A DNA stretch of 64,000 nt from NCBI GenBank assembly GCA_018650165.1, contig JABIGM010000050.1, positions 46,119 to 110,118 of the forward strand, given 5' to 3'. The notes beneath the pieces are model-generated. The model did not search any database, was not told the DNA's origin, and worked only from the letters and a program-made list of their open reading frames with translations. Shown in pieces: positions 36,206 to 45,246 of the stretch. Within the stretch, counting starts at the first letter, position 1; each line of letters starts with the position of its first letter. A program made the translations under genes and the position numbers. The DNA is from Methanobacteriota archaeon. GTDB lineage: Archaea > Thermoplasmatota > Poseidoniia > Poseidoniales > Poseidoniaceae.

Positions 36206-36328
36206 ATTCCGCCCGACCCGGTTCTCTCAAATGAACCAAACCCTCCCTAATTAGAACAATTTTGGTACGAATGACGGAAAGGGGTTAACATAGGACAGCC
36301 CTTCCGCCTGTTCTGCGGGAGTGGGTGC

Positions 36329-37534
36329 ATGGCAGTAAAGTTAGGTCCGGCTGGAGTTCCTCTCTCGTGTAAAGGGCGAACAATCGTTGAAGGAATGGAC
36401 GATATTATCTCTCTCGGATTGGAGACTATGGAGGTACAAACTGTACGCATGGTTTCCCCGCAGCACTTTGAACAGTATTGGCAGGCTGGAGTTCTAGCTC
36501 ACAAAACTGGTTTCGAAATGAACATACACGGGCCGTACTATTCTGAACTACTTGGAGACCGTTTACAACGCAATAGAAGCCTAGCTAAAGTTGAGGCGGC
36601 GCTACAAGCGGCTAAAACAATCAATGCTAGGCACGTTACCTTACATGCTGGCCATTATGGCGAGATGGGGCGAGGGCAAGCAGCAAATGAACAAGTTGCT
36701 AGTGTATTCAAAGGAATTGTTCAGAGGGTTCACGATATTTGGAATGATGATGAAGAAATTTATCCTGTATTCCCATGGTTGAAGGACGGCACTCCTGCTA
36801 AAATCGGAGTCGAGACTAGTGGTCGACAGGAACTTTGGGGTAGCCTAGAAGAAGTTCTCGAAGTGGTCAACCATGTTGAAGGCACAATTCCAGTAATTAA
36901 TTTGGCACATGTTCACGCCCGTGGACACGGTAGATTGCGTACCTCAGAAGATTATGGTGAATTGTTTGATCAAGTTCGAGAGACTATCGGGACTAAACAA
37001 TTCTATTGTCACTTTTCAGGCGTGGAACACCGCATGGGTAATGCAATGCATTACACTCAGATTAAAAAATCAGATTTGAATTTCGAGCCGTTAGCTGAAT
37101 TTATCATCGAAGAAGGCGCTTGGCTAGATATGACTTTGATTTCAGATTCACCATTGCTCGAACACGATGCAATGTATATGGTTCAAAATATTGAGAGAGC
37201 ACGACACCGTCAGCTAGAGAGAAAGGCTCGAGAGGATAGGCGCAAGGCACTTGCAGCCCAGGCTAATATTTCCCCAGAGGAAATGGAAGCAAGAGAAGTT
37301 GAAATCGCAGCAGCACGTGCTAAAGATGCACTTGCTAAAGTTCAACCTGTAAAAGCAACAAAGACTGTTGCCGAACCTGCTAAGGAAGAGGAAACAGTTG
37401 CTGAACCTGCTAAGGAAGAAAAGAAGGTCACTGACGAAAAGAAAGGCGCTGCTAAGGCAAAGAAGTCTGCGGCTAAAAAAGATGATAATGATGATCTATT
37501 CGTCACAGAAGACGATGATGATGATCTATTTTGA
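36329..37534 (+). CDS. AP-endonuclease family 2 / xylose-isomerase-like TIM-barrel protein (endonuclease IV-like) with a 110-aa K/E/A-rich repeat tail ending in 'DDLF...DDDDDLF'.
   Basis: It is collinear with the Nfo metal-site blocks: 'NIHGPYYSELL', 'TLHAGH', 'GVETSG', 'INLAHVHARGHG', 'FYCHFSGVEH'. The tail has 'VAEPAKEE' twice. Confidence 0.5.
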   Translation: MAVKLGPAGVPLSCKGRTIVEGMDDIISLGLETMEVQTVRMVSPQHFEQYWQAGVLAHKTGFEMNIHGPYYSELLGDRLQRNRSLAKVEAALQAAKTINARHVTLHAGHYGEMGRGQAANEQVASVFKGIVQRVHDIWNDDEEIYPVFPWLKDGTPAKIGVETSGRQELWGSLEEVLEVVNHVEGTIPVINLAHVHARGHGRLRTSEDYGELFDQVRETIGTKQFYCHFSGVEHRMGNAMHYTQIKKSDLNFEPLAEFIIEEGAWLDMTLISDSPLLEHDAMYMVQNIERARHRQLERKAREDRRKALAAQANISPEEMEAREVEIAAARAKDALAKVQPVKATKTVAEPAKEEETVAEPAKEEKKVTDEKKGAAKAKKSAAKKDDNDDLFVTEDDDDDLF

Positions 37535-37584
37535 TAAATCGATTCTACTGCAAAATTGATAATTGAAGGCCTGTAACTCGTTTC

Positions 37585-38154
37585 ATGGCCTTACCTATAT
37601 TGTACTCTTTTAGGCGGTGCCCGTATGCAATGCGTGCTCGAATGGCAATAGTACGAACTGGTTTCCAAATAGAGCACCGAGAAGTGATTCTAAGAGATAG
37701 GCCCGACCATATGCTGAAAATATCACCTAAGGGAACGGTTCCTGTAATGCTACTAGCAGATGGTAATGTGATTGAAGAAAGTTTAGAAATTATGGAGTAT
37801 GTCCAATCTTGGAAATTGAATGAAGAAGAGAGAGGTTGGATAAATCGTAATGATAACGAATTCAAATTTCATCTTGATAGATACAAATATCCAAATCGAT
37901 ATGAAAATGTCGATGCAGTTGAACATAGAGATGCTGCAAGTAAATATCTCTTAGATCTCAATGTCAATCTCCCTAAAGGAAATTTAAGTGATGCCATTTT
38001 CCCATTTGTTAGACAATTTGCTAACCACGACAGAGTTTGGTTTGACTCACAAAACTGGACAAGAGTCCACCTATGGTTAAGTGAAAATCTTGAAAGTGAG
38101 GCTTTTGCAAAATGTATGACAAAATATCCTCAATGGCAACCAGAACAAGTCTGA
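37585..38154 (+). CDS. Glutathione S-transferase / glutaredoxin-2-like thioredoxin-fold protein.
   Basis: 'LPILYSFRRCPYAMRARMAI...ISPKGTVPVM...EESLEIMEYV' is a GST N-terminal thioredoxin-like domain with an active-site Cys/Ser position and a cis-Pro. Confidence 0.5.
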   Translation: MALPILYSFRRCPYAMRARMAIVRTGFQIEHREVILRDRPDHMLKISPKGTVPVMLLADGNVIEESLEIMEYVQSWKLNEEERGWINRNDNEFKFHLDRYKYPNRYENVDAVEHRDAASKYLLDLNVNLPKGNLSDAIFPFVRQFANHDRVWFDSQNWTRVHLWLSENLESEAFAKCMTKYPQWQPEQV

Positions 38155-38217
38155 AAATCAAAACCTGGTTCGGATTAAAGGCTCTAATAACTCGCATGTA
38201 AGGGGTAATGATAGGGA

Positions 38218-38235
38218 AATCCCCTAAAGGGGATT
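38218..38235 (+). promoter_or_regulatory. Perfect inverted repeat 'aatcccct-aa-aggggatt' 19 nt upstream of gpsA.
   Basis: Read directly: 8-nt arms, fully complementary. It lies in the 99-bp gap between the GST-like gene and gpsA. It is either a transcription-factor palindrome or a terminator hairpin for the upstream gene. Confidence 0.3.
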
Positions 38236-38253
38236 GGTAAGCCACGGGATACT

Positions 38254-39252
38254 ATGGCTCATATTGCGGTACTCGGATTGGGTAATTGGGGAAGTGCTAT
38301 TGCACGCTTGTGGCTTCTAGACGGACACAATGTCAAAGGGTGGACTGTTGAACAAGAAGTGTATGAATCAATTACGATGGAAGGTATGAATCACAAATAC
38401 TTACCAGAACATTCTCTTGAGGGGCTTGAAGCCACAATGCATGTCGAAGAGGTTCTTGAAGGCAGTGAAATTATTGTACTTGCATTACCATCATCGGTTA
38501 TCTTGAATGTTGTTGAGGATATTATAGAGCATCTGAGACCTGGCCATGTACTTCTTGACCTTGCTAAAGGATTAGCACCTGGAAAGAGATTGATTAGCGA
38601 AGCAATTCACCAAATGTTGAACGAGAAAAATATGCATAACCCGTTAGCTGTACTTACAGGTCCGACGATTGCACCTGAAGCCGCTGGTGGCGTTATGACC
38701 ACTGCATTAGTTGCCAGCGAAGATATGTCCGTTGCAGAGAACCTTGCTGCAACACTCACAACACCTACATTCATTCTTCATGCAGCATCAGATCCTGTTG
38801 GAGCGGAGTTATGGGGTGCTTTCAAGAATGTAGTGGCCCTTGCTTGTGGCCTTGTTGATGGACTAAAACAAATCGGCTCTTTGGGTGGTGACAATCTGAA
38901 AGCAGCAATTTTCAATGCTGGATTCCGCGAGGGGTGTCTCTTACTTCCACAACTAGGAGCAAGAGCGGAAGTTGCATTTGGCCCAGCTGGTCTTGGAGAC
39001 CTCTATGTCACAGCAACTTCACCGCACGGAAGAAACAGAAAGATGGGCGAAAAATTGGGTAGTGGATTGACTCTGGAACAAGCACTCGAAGAGATGGTAA
39101 TGGTCGCTGAAGGAGTTAGGGCGGCTCGAATGTTTAGAGACAGGGCTATCGATATGGGTATTGATATACCATTTGTCAAGGCCCTCAATACCCTGCTTGA
39201 TGGTTTCATTGATGCTGAAGAGTGCTGCAGAAGAATGGTAATTCTTTCGTGA
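38254..39252 (+). CDS. gpsA: NAD(P)H-dependent sn-glycerol-3-phosphate dehydrogenase.
   Basis: 'IAVLGLGNWGSAIARL' is a Rossmann GxGxxG. 'GAFKNVVALACG', 'NAGFREG' and 'AEGV' are GpsA catalytic-domain motifs. Confidence 0.85.
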   Translation: MAHIAVLGLGNWGSAIARLWLLDGHNVKGWTVEQEVYESITMEGMNHKYLPEHSLEGLEATMHVEEVLEGSEIIVLALPSSVILNVVEDIIEHLRPGHVLLDLAKGLAPGKRLISEAIHQMLNEKNMHNPLAVLTGPTIAPEAAGGVMTTALVASEDMSVAENLAATLTTPTFILHAASDPVGAELWGAFKNVVALACGLVDGLKQIGSLGGDNLKAAIFNAGFREGCLLLPQLGARAEVAFGPAGLGDLYVTATSPHGRNRKMGEKLGSGLTLEQALEEMVMVAEGVRAARMFRDRAIDMGIDIPFVKALNTLLDGFIDAEECCRRMVILS

Positions 39253-39265
39253 TGGTAGCCTTGAT

Positions 39266-39502
39266 GTGCTTGGCCACGCTGGGAGTGTCATGGCAGACCT
39301 CACTGAATTCGAGTTACGTCTTTTCGAATGGATTAAACAGTCCGATTTTGAGGTCGTAGCTTGGTCTACTAAAAAAGCGGCTAAATCATTCAAATGCAAA
39401 GAAGATGAGATCTATGAAGGAGTTGCTTCTTTGACCAAAAAATTACCAAATAGAATCCAGGTATACTATGAAGAAGGGAATGTACACATCGCTGCAGAAT
39501 GA
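39266..39502 (+). CDS. Small hypothetical protein (78 aa).
   Basis: The ORF sits tightly between gpsA and the DCC gene and overlaps the latter by 4 nt. No motif recognised. Confidence 0.3.
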   Translation: MLGHAGSVMADLTEFELRLFEWIKQSDFEVVAWSTKKAAKSFKCKEDEIYEGVASLTKKLPNRIQVYYEEGNVHIAAE

Positions 39503-39831
39503 GCATGGATAAAGATACCTTACTCATCGATGGTCTTTGCGGCCTATGTACTAAAACTGGGAAATTTATTTCAAATCGCCTGTCTCGTTATTTGGAAATA
39601 ACCGAGCAAGAATCAGAGATTGGAATCGAATTGCTAAATCGCTATCAAGTCAACACAGATACACTTGTTTTAATCAGAAAAAACAAGATGTATTCGCATT
39701 CTTCTGCTGCGATTAGGTGCTTACTATACATGAGGTGGAATTGGATTTGGTTGTTCCCTTTCGCATGGATAATCCCTCGCCCTATCCGAGATTTCGTTTA
39801 CAATATTGTTTCCAGTTTTAGGGAGCCCTAA
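39499..39831 (+). CDS. DCC-family thiol-disulfide oxidoreductase (DUF393).
   Basis: 'LLIDGLCGLCTKTGKFI' is the N-terminal CxxC of the DCC1-like family. The size is about 110 aa. Confidence 0.55.
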   Translation: MSMDKDTLLIDGLCGLCTKTGKFISNRLSRYLEITEQESEIGIELLNRYQVNTDTLVLIRKNKMYSHSSAAIRCLLYMRWNWIWLFPFAWIIPRPIRDFVYNIVSSFREP

Positions 39832-39862
39832 TCTTTATTAGGCTAGCCTAAAACCGACCGGC

Positions 39863-40732
39863 ATGGCGACAACCCTAATGGCAGACTTGTGGACAGGTGG
39901 ACTCATTGGGTTTAGAGAAGCTCTTGAAGCGACAATGATTGTTGTAATACTAGTGCTGATACTAAAAAACGGCAAGCGAGACGATCTTATTCCTAATATT
40001 TGGAAAGGTGTTGCAGCAGGTGTTGGAGCAAGTGTCGTCACCGCTCTGATTTTTGAATTAGTAATTGGGAATTTTGAAGATAATGAAGCTTGGTTCGAAG
40101 GTATTCTGATGGTTGCATCTTCAGTATTAATTGCAGTAGTAATCTTTCACTTAATCAAGCATCATTCCAAAAATGAATTAGAAAATCTTGCTGAAAAGGC
40201 GATGCTTGACTCTACTAGTGGGGCGAAGTCCCTCTCGGTTATTGCATTCCTTTCAGTATGGAGAGAAGGCTCTGAAACCGTAGTGTTCCTCGGAGCAAGT
40301 ACCGATACCCTTTGGGCCATTCTGGGATTGGTCATCGGTATTGGTATCGCAATCTCACTAGGATGGTTAATGATGGCGAAGGGTGTTAAAATTGACATCA
40401 AAAAAATGTTTACAATTTCTACCGTGTTCCTAATATTCGTCGGTGCTGGTTTGTTTGCTCATGGGATTCATGAATTACAAGAAGACGATGCCGGATTAAT
40501 CCCTGTTTACAATGAAGAAATTTGGGATTTGAATCCCGAATGGGATGGAGAAGGTGATGCCCCTATTATGCATGATAAAGGTACAATTGGTGGTTTATTC
40601 CGCGCCATTATTGGCTGGAATGGAGATCCTACATTGCTCGAGTTTTGCGGATGGGTGACTTACCTTGGCGCCATGGCTGCATTGATGAAAAGAGATTCCA
40701 TGGCCCATACACCTGCTGAAGAAAGTGTTTAA
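39863..40732 (+). CDS. FTR1/EfeU-family high-affinity iron permease.
   Basis: Two RExxE motifs, 'FREALEA' and 'WREGSETVVFL', with 7 TM helices. Confidence 0.75.
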   Translation: MATTLMADLWTGGLIGFREALEATMIVVILVLILKNGKRDDLIPNIWKGVAAGVGASVVTALIFELVIGNFEDNEAWFEGILMVASSVLIAVVIFHLIKHHSKNELENLAEKAMLDSTSGAKSLSVIAFLSVWREGSETVVFLGASTDTLWAILGLVIGIGIAISLGWLMMAKGVKIDIKKMFTISTVFLIFVGAGLFAHGIHELQEDDAGLIPVYNEEIWDLNPEWDGEGDAPIMHDKGTIGGLFRAIIGWNGDPTLLEFCGWVTYLGAMAALMKRDSMAHTPAEESV

Positions 40733-41533
40733 TCACAGCGAATCAATGTATTCGAGTACTATTTTTTCTTCGAAAATATCTTCTTGAAAAGAGAGAGTTG
40801 GGCGTGTAATCGATAGTAATGTTACCTCGCCGCCAGCGTTAGGAAATCCTACGATTATCACTGTTGCTAGAGTCGTTTCAAATCCATCCCTCTTTACATT
40901 AAATCGGGCTATAAATTGAGTATCTTCACCGTACTGGTGGTTTCCTTCTGTTTCGACCTCTTCTAACCAAAACGCATCAGGATCAATACTAAAACCACTA
41001 ATCATTGAATTCATTACATCTATTGATTGACGCATTCTTTTATCATGCATTCCAAGCATAACCCCTAATGTTACACTGGACGAATCTTGTGACCAAGAGC
41101 AGAATGTGTGCGGTGTTCTTGTGCTGAGTATTCCAATCACTGCGCCATCATGAAGCCAAGTATATTGTTCACTGGCGGGCCAGGAAGGGGCATGTGGATT
41201 TTCAGTAGTAATTGGCTCACCCCACTCTTCTGCTCCACTTGGAGTTGAGACCGGATACAATGCAAATAAATTTAATAAAATTAGCAAAACAAGACTTGTT
41301 GCAATTCTTCGGCTCCGATACCTCACCCATTCTTCTCTACCTGCGGGACTAACTAACGAAATTATAATCGCTAAAGGTAGGATAACAAAAATCCCCCATG
41401 GAATTATCCAGAGAAGTAAAACCCCTACTGATAATGAAATCATTGAGGTTTTGTCAAAATCTTCACTTCGCCATTTGAGGAGTCCAAACAAGCATGCCAC
41501 AAGGGCTGTAGATGCGAGAAGACCGCCTAACAC
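40733..41533 (-). CDS. Membrane protein with 3-4 N-terminal TM helices and a C-terminal extracytoplasmic domain. Hypothetical.
   Basis: Hydrophobic helices in the first 100 aa. No motif recognised. Confidence 0.35.
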   Translation of the reverse strand: MLGGLLASTALVACLFGLLKWRSEDFDKTSMISLSVGVLLLWIIPWGIFVILPLAIIISLVSPAGREEWVRYRSRRIATSLVLLILLNLFALYPVSTPSGAEEWGEPITTENPHAPSWPASEQYTWLHDGAVIGILSTRTPHTFCSWSQDSSSVTLGVMLGMHDKRMRQSIDVMNSMISGFSIDPDAFWLEEVETEGNHQYGEDTQFIARFNVKRDGFETTLATVIIVGFPNAGGEVTLLSITRPTLSFQEDIFEEKIVLEYIDSL

Positions 41534-41622
41534 GTCCCCCCCTGAACTGTTGTAAGCATAAGTTCAACGCAAATGATGGCCGATAAGCGGCACATTGTAA
41601 TGGGTGTACGCTGGCTTCGAGA

Positions 41623-42432
41623 ATGATGGAGACTAGTTTAACTCTAAATGATGTGTCGTGGCGGCACACTGTTAGAGATTATTCTTCTTGGAAACCTTGG
41701 GCTAAGAAAGATGGTCCCGGTATACATTCTATCAATCTAGAAATTCACAAAGGTCAGATTCTCGGGTTAATCGGGCCAAATGGTGCAGGAAAGTCGACCC
41801 TGATGAAAGCAATATGTGGCCTATATGATTGCAAAGGGTTCGACAAAACATGTACATCGCGTCGTATTGGAATTGGCTACATGCCAGAACAAGTTCGCTG
41901 GGAAGGCCGGATAAGTGTAAGGAACACTCTCAAAACAATTTCCCTAATGCGAGAAGAAACTGTTGATGTGGGAAGTATAATTCAAATTGTTGGCCTTTCC
42001 TCAAAATCAGATCATCACCTCGATAATCTATCACAAGGAATGCGCCAACGCCTTTCCTTGGCTTGTGCACTTATTGGGAATCCAAAAATATTGGTTCTAG
42101 ATGAGCCGCTGAATGGTTTGGATCCGCTTGCACAGAGAGCTTTCAGTAATCTGTTAGAAAGTCTTGCATCAAAGGGTGTTTCAATAATAATTTCTTCACA
42201 TCAAGTTGCCGACCTTGAGATGCTTGCAGACCGAGTTGCACTTCTGCATCACGGTCAATTATTGATTGAAGGCACGCTTTCCACTGTCAGAGAAAATCTT
42301 GGATTAGATGATAACTCGGGCATATTGGAAATGATTTGTTCAGCCACTGGAATCGACCCTGGTGATGTGAGTCTTGAACTTTCAAATGACGACTTACTGC
42401 CATTCAAACAATTAGGAGGTGAAGAAGAATGA
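41623..42432 (+). CDS. ABC transporter ATP-binding protein.
   Basis: Walker A 'GPNGAGKST', signature 'LSQGMRQRLSLA', Walker B 'ILVLDEP', H-loop 'SSHQ'. Confidence 0.85.
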   Translation: MMETSLTLNDVSWRHTVRDYSSWKPWAKKDGPGIHSINLEIHKGQILGLIGPNGAGKSTLMKAICGLYDCKGFDKTCTSRRIGIGYMPEQVRWEGRISVRNTLKTISLMREETVDVGSIIQIVGLSSKSDHHLDNLSQGMRQRLSLACALIGNPKILVLDEPLNGLDPLAQRAFSNLLESLASKGVSIIISSHQVADLEMLADRVALLHHGQLLIEGTLSTVRENLGLDDNSGILEMICSATGIDPGDVSLELSNDDLLPFKQLGGEEE

Positions 42433-43247
42433 GTGCCTTCACCCTTGGCTGGCATATCATGAAAGAACGCCTTTCAGCAGGCAGAATGTTGGTTATTTGG
42501 CCACTACTTGCGATATTCATTATCTTCTCGAGTTGGGGATTATCCGACCCTAAAGCGGATTTGTTATCGGGACTTACTATCGATTCCGCATATGATGTGA
42601 TGTTCGCATCAACAGCATTCATCGGGCTTTCTGCTACGATGGGAGCGGTGTTAATCTCATTTGACGGCATAAGTCGCGACCGTTTATCAGGAGTTTTAGA
42701 AATCAAATTGTCGCAGCCAATTGAACGGTCAAAGTATGCAAGGTCCCTTCTAATTGGACATTGGGGCGCTATTTTCTTCCCTGTATTGATATTGAATTTA
42801 TTCAGTCTTGCGATAATTTGGCACAGAATGAATGAATTACCCAGTGTTGAAGAATTTTTCATCTATACCCTAGGTACAGGATTACTATTACTTTGGTACA
42901 CTTCGATTCAACTCTTGGCCTCTTCTTGGGCGAAAGATATGGGTTCATCGATTGCTATTGGATTGGGTGTTTGGATGACATTCACACTACTGTGGCTAGT
43001 TCTAACCACTGTAGTTGCAGGTCTATCAGGGGTTGGAGTTGAAAATCTAAACTCTTCCGAATATGTCGAAATTGGGGGAATGGTGGATTTGTTTTCACCG
43101 AATGGTGTTTACAACCATCTCTTAGAATTACCACTTACTGGTGTCGATAGAGGGATTTCGCCATTAGCATCTACCATTGCTGCAATCGTATGGAGTGTAC
43201 TGCCACTACAACTATTCATTCGTAGAATAGAACGTATGCATCCATGA
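42429..43247 (+). CDS. ABC-2-type permease (6 TM).
   Basis: It overlaps the ATPase stop by 4 nt and has six hydrophobic helices typical of ABC-2 exporters. Confidence 0.6.
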   Translation: MSAFTLGWHIMKERLSAGRMLVIWPLLAIFIIFSSWGLSDPKADLLSGLTIDSAYDVMFASTAFIGLSATMGAVLISFDGISRDRLSGVLEIKLSQPIERSKYARSLLIGHWGAIFFPVLILNLFSLAIIWHRMNELPSVEEFFIYTLGTGLLLLWYTSIQLLASSWAKDMGSSIAIGLGVWMTFTLLWLVLTTVVAGLSGVGVENLNSSEYVEIGGMVDLFSPNGVYNHLLELPLTGVDRGISPLASTIAAIVWSVLPLQLFIRRIERMHP

Positions 43248-43293
43248 TAGTGTAAAGCAACACACTAAGTATATTCTGTTCATAGGACAAGCC

Positions 43294-45210
43294 ATGAAGG
43301 AGAGAATTCCAGCACTGTTGCTAGCAATCCTGATGGCAACAATGTCATTCACAACTGTAACAAGCGCCGAAGATTCAGGACGACAAGCGATGGACGTAGA
43401 TTGTTCAGGCTATACATTTGAAGACCTTTTTGAATACAATAATGCTGTCTTTATGTTTGAAATTTTAGATGATTGGGCGACCTCTGATTTGTACGCTAAT
43501 TCATGGGTCAATGAGAGCCGCGCTTCTGTTGTTAGAGATAATCTGGACAGTTTGTTCGAAGGCCTACCTGGAGGAAATGACAACTGGATTTCAACTGATG
43601 AGAGAGATGCTGTAAGAGAAATCGGTGCCAAGTGTATTGCAGACATGTACACTCGAATTGGAATTCGTGAAGGGCTCCCACATCGTGGAGATGTAGATTG
43701 GAATGATGTGACGTTCGTCGAAGAAGGTATTGGGCTAGAAGAAGTTAACTTAGTTCCAGAAGGGCATCCAGACGAGAGGGTTTGCCCCGCTAGTTCAGGA
43801 CGTATTCCAAGTGATGATTGTAAAGAAGTTCCAACTACTGCAACCAATAACCTTGAGATCTCGATGTTTACAAAAGAAGATGAAACGCACAATACTAGAT
43901 TCAATCAACTTCCAAATTTCGGAAATGGAGATTATGAAAACCAAACATTCACAGTCGCCATGAATGCAACAAATGTAACAAGCGCCACTATGGTGTTCTC
44001 ATTCCCATACGTTGACGGCCTTAGAATGGCAAACTGGACCATCGAAGATGATGGCGAAACCAATCTAGAAGCAGGGTCTATTATTGAAACACACCTTCCT
44101 GATGGAAGCGTTAGAGTAACCCTAACCATCGGTTACGACAAAGCAGATTACCCAATGATTCGAAATATCTTCTTTGACATGACGACCACTCCTCCTGAAG
44201 AAAATGATATTCCAGTTTGGAGTTCTTATGCTCCTGAAGATAATACAATTATCCCAATTATCAAAGATGGTAGTGAAGTTGTTGCAATCACTGGAAACAC
44301 GATGGAAAACTGGGCTAGCGATGATAACGCATGGGGCCTAGACTGTGAATTTGCTGAAACCGGCTGGTCCAGTAGAATGAATTCCGATGGTGAACTTTTA
44401 GTAACATCTGGCTCTTCTGAATCTGGAACTGCAGAGTGCTCTATTGTCGACCCATATGGTGCTACAAACAATGAAACTCACACATGGAGGTTTGGCCAGC
44501 CTGCGAGTTTTTCAGCAGTAGCAGGTAGTTATTCTGATTCGGTTGATATCGATGCAAATCCGACACTGTTAGTGCAAAGCCTCGCTGTTGGAATGGCTGC
44601 ATACCAAAATGGTGGAGATGGGCCGGTAACCAATTTTAATCTCGGCACAACTTCATCCTCAAACTCCGTTAGCTTATCTGGGATGTCACCTGGTGAATTC
44701 ATGATTCACGTTACTGCAAGTTCGGATGGAATGTTAGATTGGAATACAATGTTAGACCTTTCATTAGAAAAGAAGAACACACCTCCTGTAATTACTGTCA
44801 AAACTGACGAAATCGACGGGACTCAGGCTACTTGGGCATCAGACCAGTACTCGTTCAGTCTATCAGGTACTGCAATTGACCCCGATGGAGGTGTAGTAAC
44901 CCTATCTGCAAATATGTGTGGAGAAACCACTACTGCATTCACTAGAGATGGTGAAAATTGGGATGTTAGCCTATCAATCGCAAAGTGTGTATCCGATGGA
45001 GTAACTCAGTATGATGTCATCATTACGGCTACCGACCCCGTTAATGGGATAGCCACTGCAGATGTAAGTGTCCCAGATCCATTTGCTGGTTCTAACACAG
45101 ACACAGGCGACACAGATACCTCAGCCGAAGAGAGCGGCCTACCTTCAATCGGCATGTTTGCAACAATCATTTCGATGCTAGGTGCTGCACTTTTACTACG
45201 CAGAGACTAA
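43294..45210 (+). CDS. Secreted 638-aa protein with a signal peptide, a Thr/Asp-rich linker and the C-terminal hydrophobic tail 'GLPSIGMFATIISMLGAALLLRRD'.
   Basis: Signal peptide 'ALLLAILMATMSFTTVTSA'. The mature domain has no recognisable enzymatic motif. C-terminal anchor plus RR. Confidence 0.6.
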   Translation: MKERIPALLLAILMATMSFTTVTSAEDSGRQAMDVDCSGYTFEDLFEYNNAVFMFEILDDWATSDLYANSWVNESRASVVRDNLDSLFEGLPGGNDNWISTDERDAVREIGAKCIADMYTRIGIREGLPHRGDVDWNDVTFVEEGIGLEEVNLVPEGHPDERVCPASSGRIPSDDCKEVPTTATNNLEISMFTKEDETHNTRFNQLPNFGNGDYENQTFTVAMNATNVTSATMVFSFPYVDGLRMANWTIEDDGETNLEAGSIIETHLPDGSVRVTLTIGYDKADYPMIRNIFFDMTTTPPEENDIPVWSSYAPEDNTIIPIIKDGSEVVAITGNTMENWASDDNAWGLDCEFAETGWSSRMNSDGELLVTSGSSESGTAECSIVDPYGATNNETHTWRFGQPASFSAVAGSYSDSVDIDANPTLLVQSLAVGMAAYQNGGDGPVTNFNLGTTSSSNSVSLSGMSPGEFMIHVTASSDGMLDWNTMLDLSLEKKNTPPVITVKTDEIDGTQATWASDQYSFSLSGTAIDPDGGVVTLSANMCGETTTAFTRDGENWDVSLSIAKCVSDGVTQYDVIITATDPVNGIATADVSVPDPFAGSNTDTGDTDTSAEESGLPSIGMFATIISMLGAALLLRRD

Positions 45211-45246
45211 CCGTCACACTGAAAAGCAGAACGCCGAGGGCGTGTT

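Noticed and set aside
36206-36328. A possible FMN riboswitch in the leader of ribB.
   Set aside because: Read on the minus strand, the leader lacks the conserved RFN-element blocks (for example GGGCAGGGTGAAATTCCCGACCGGCGGTAGTAAAGCACATTTGCTTTAGAGCCCGTGACCCG-like cores). The region is only 123 nt and is shared with the divergent endonuclease-IV-like gene.
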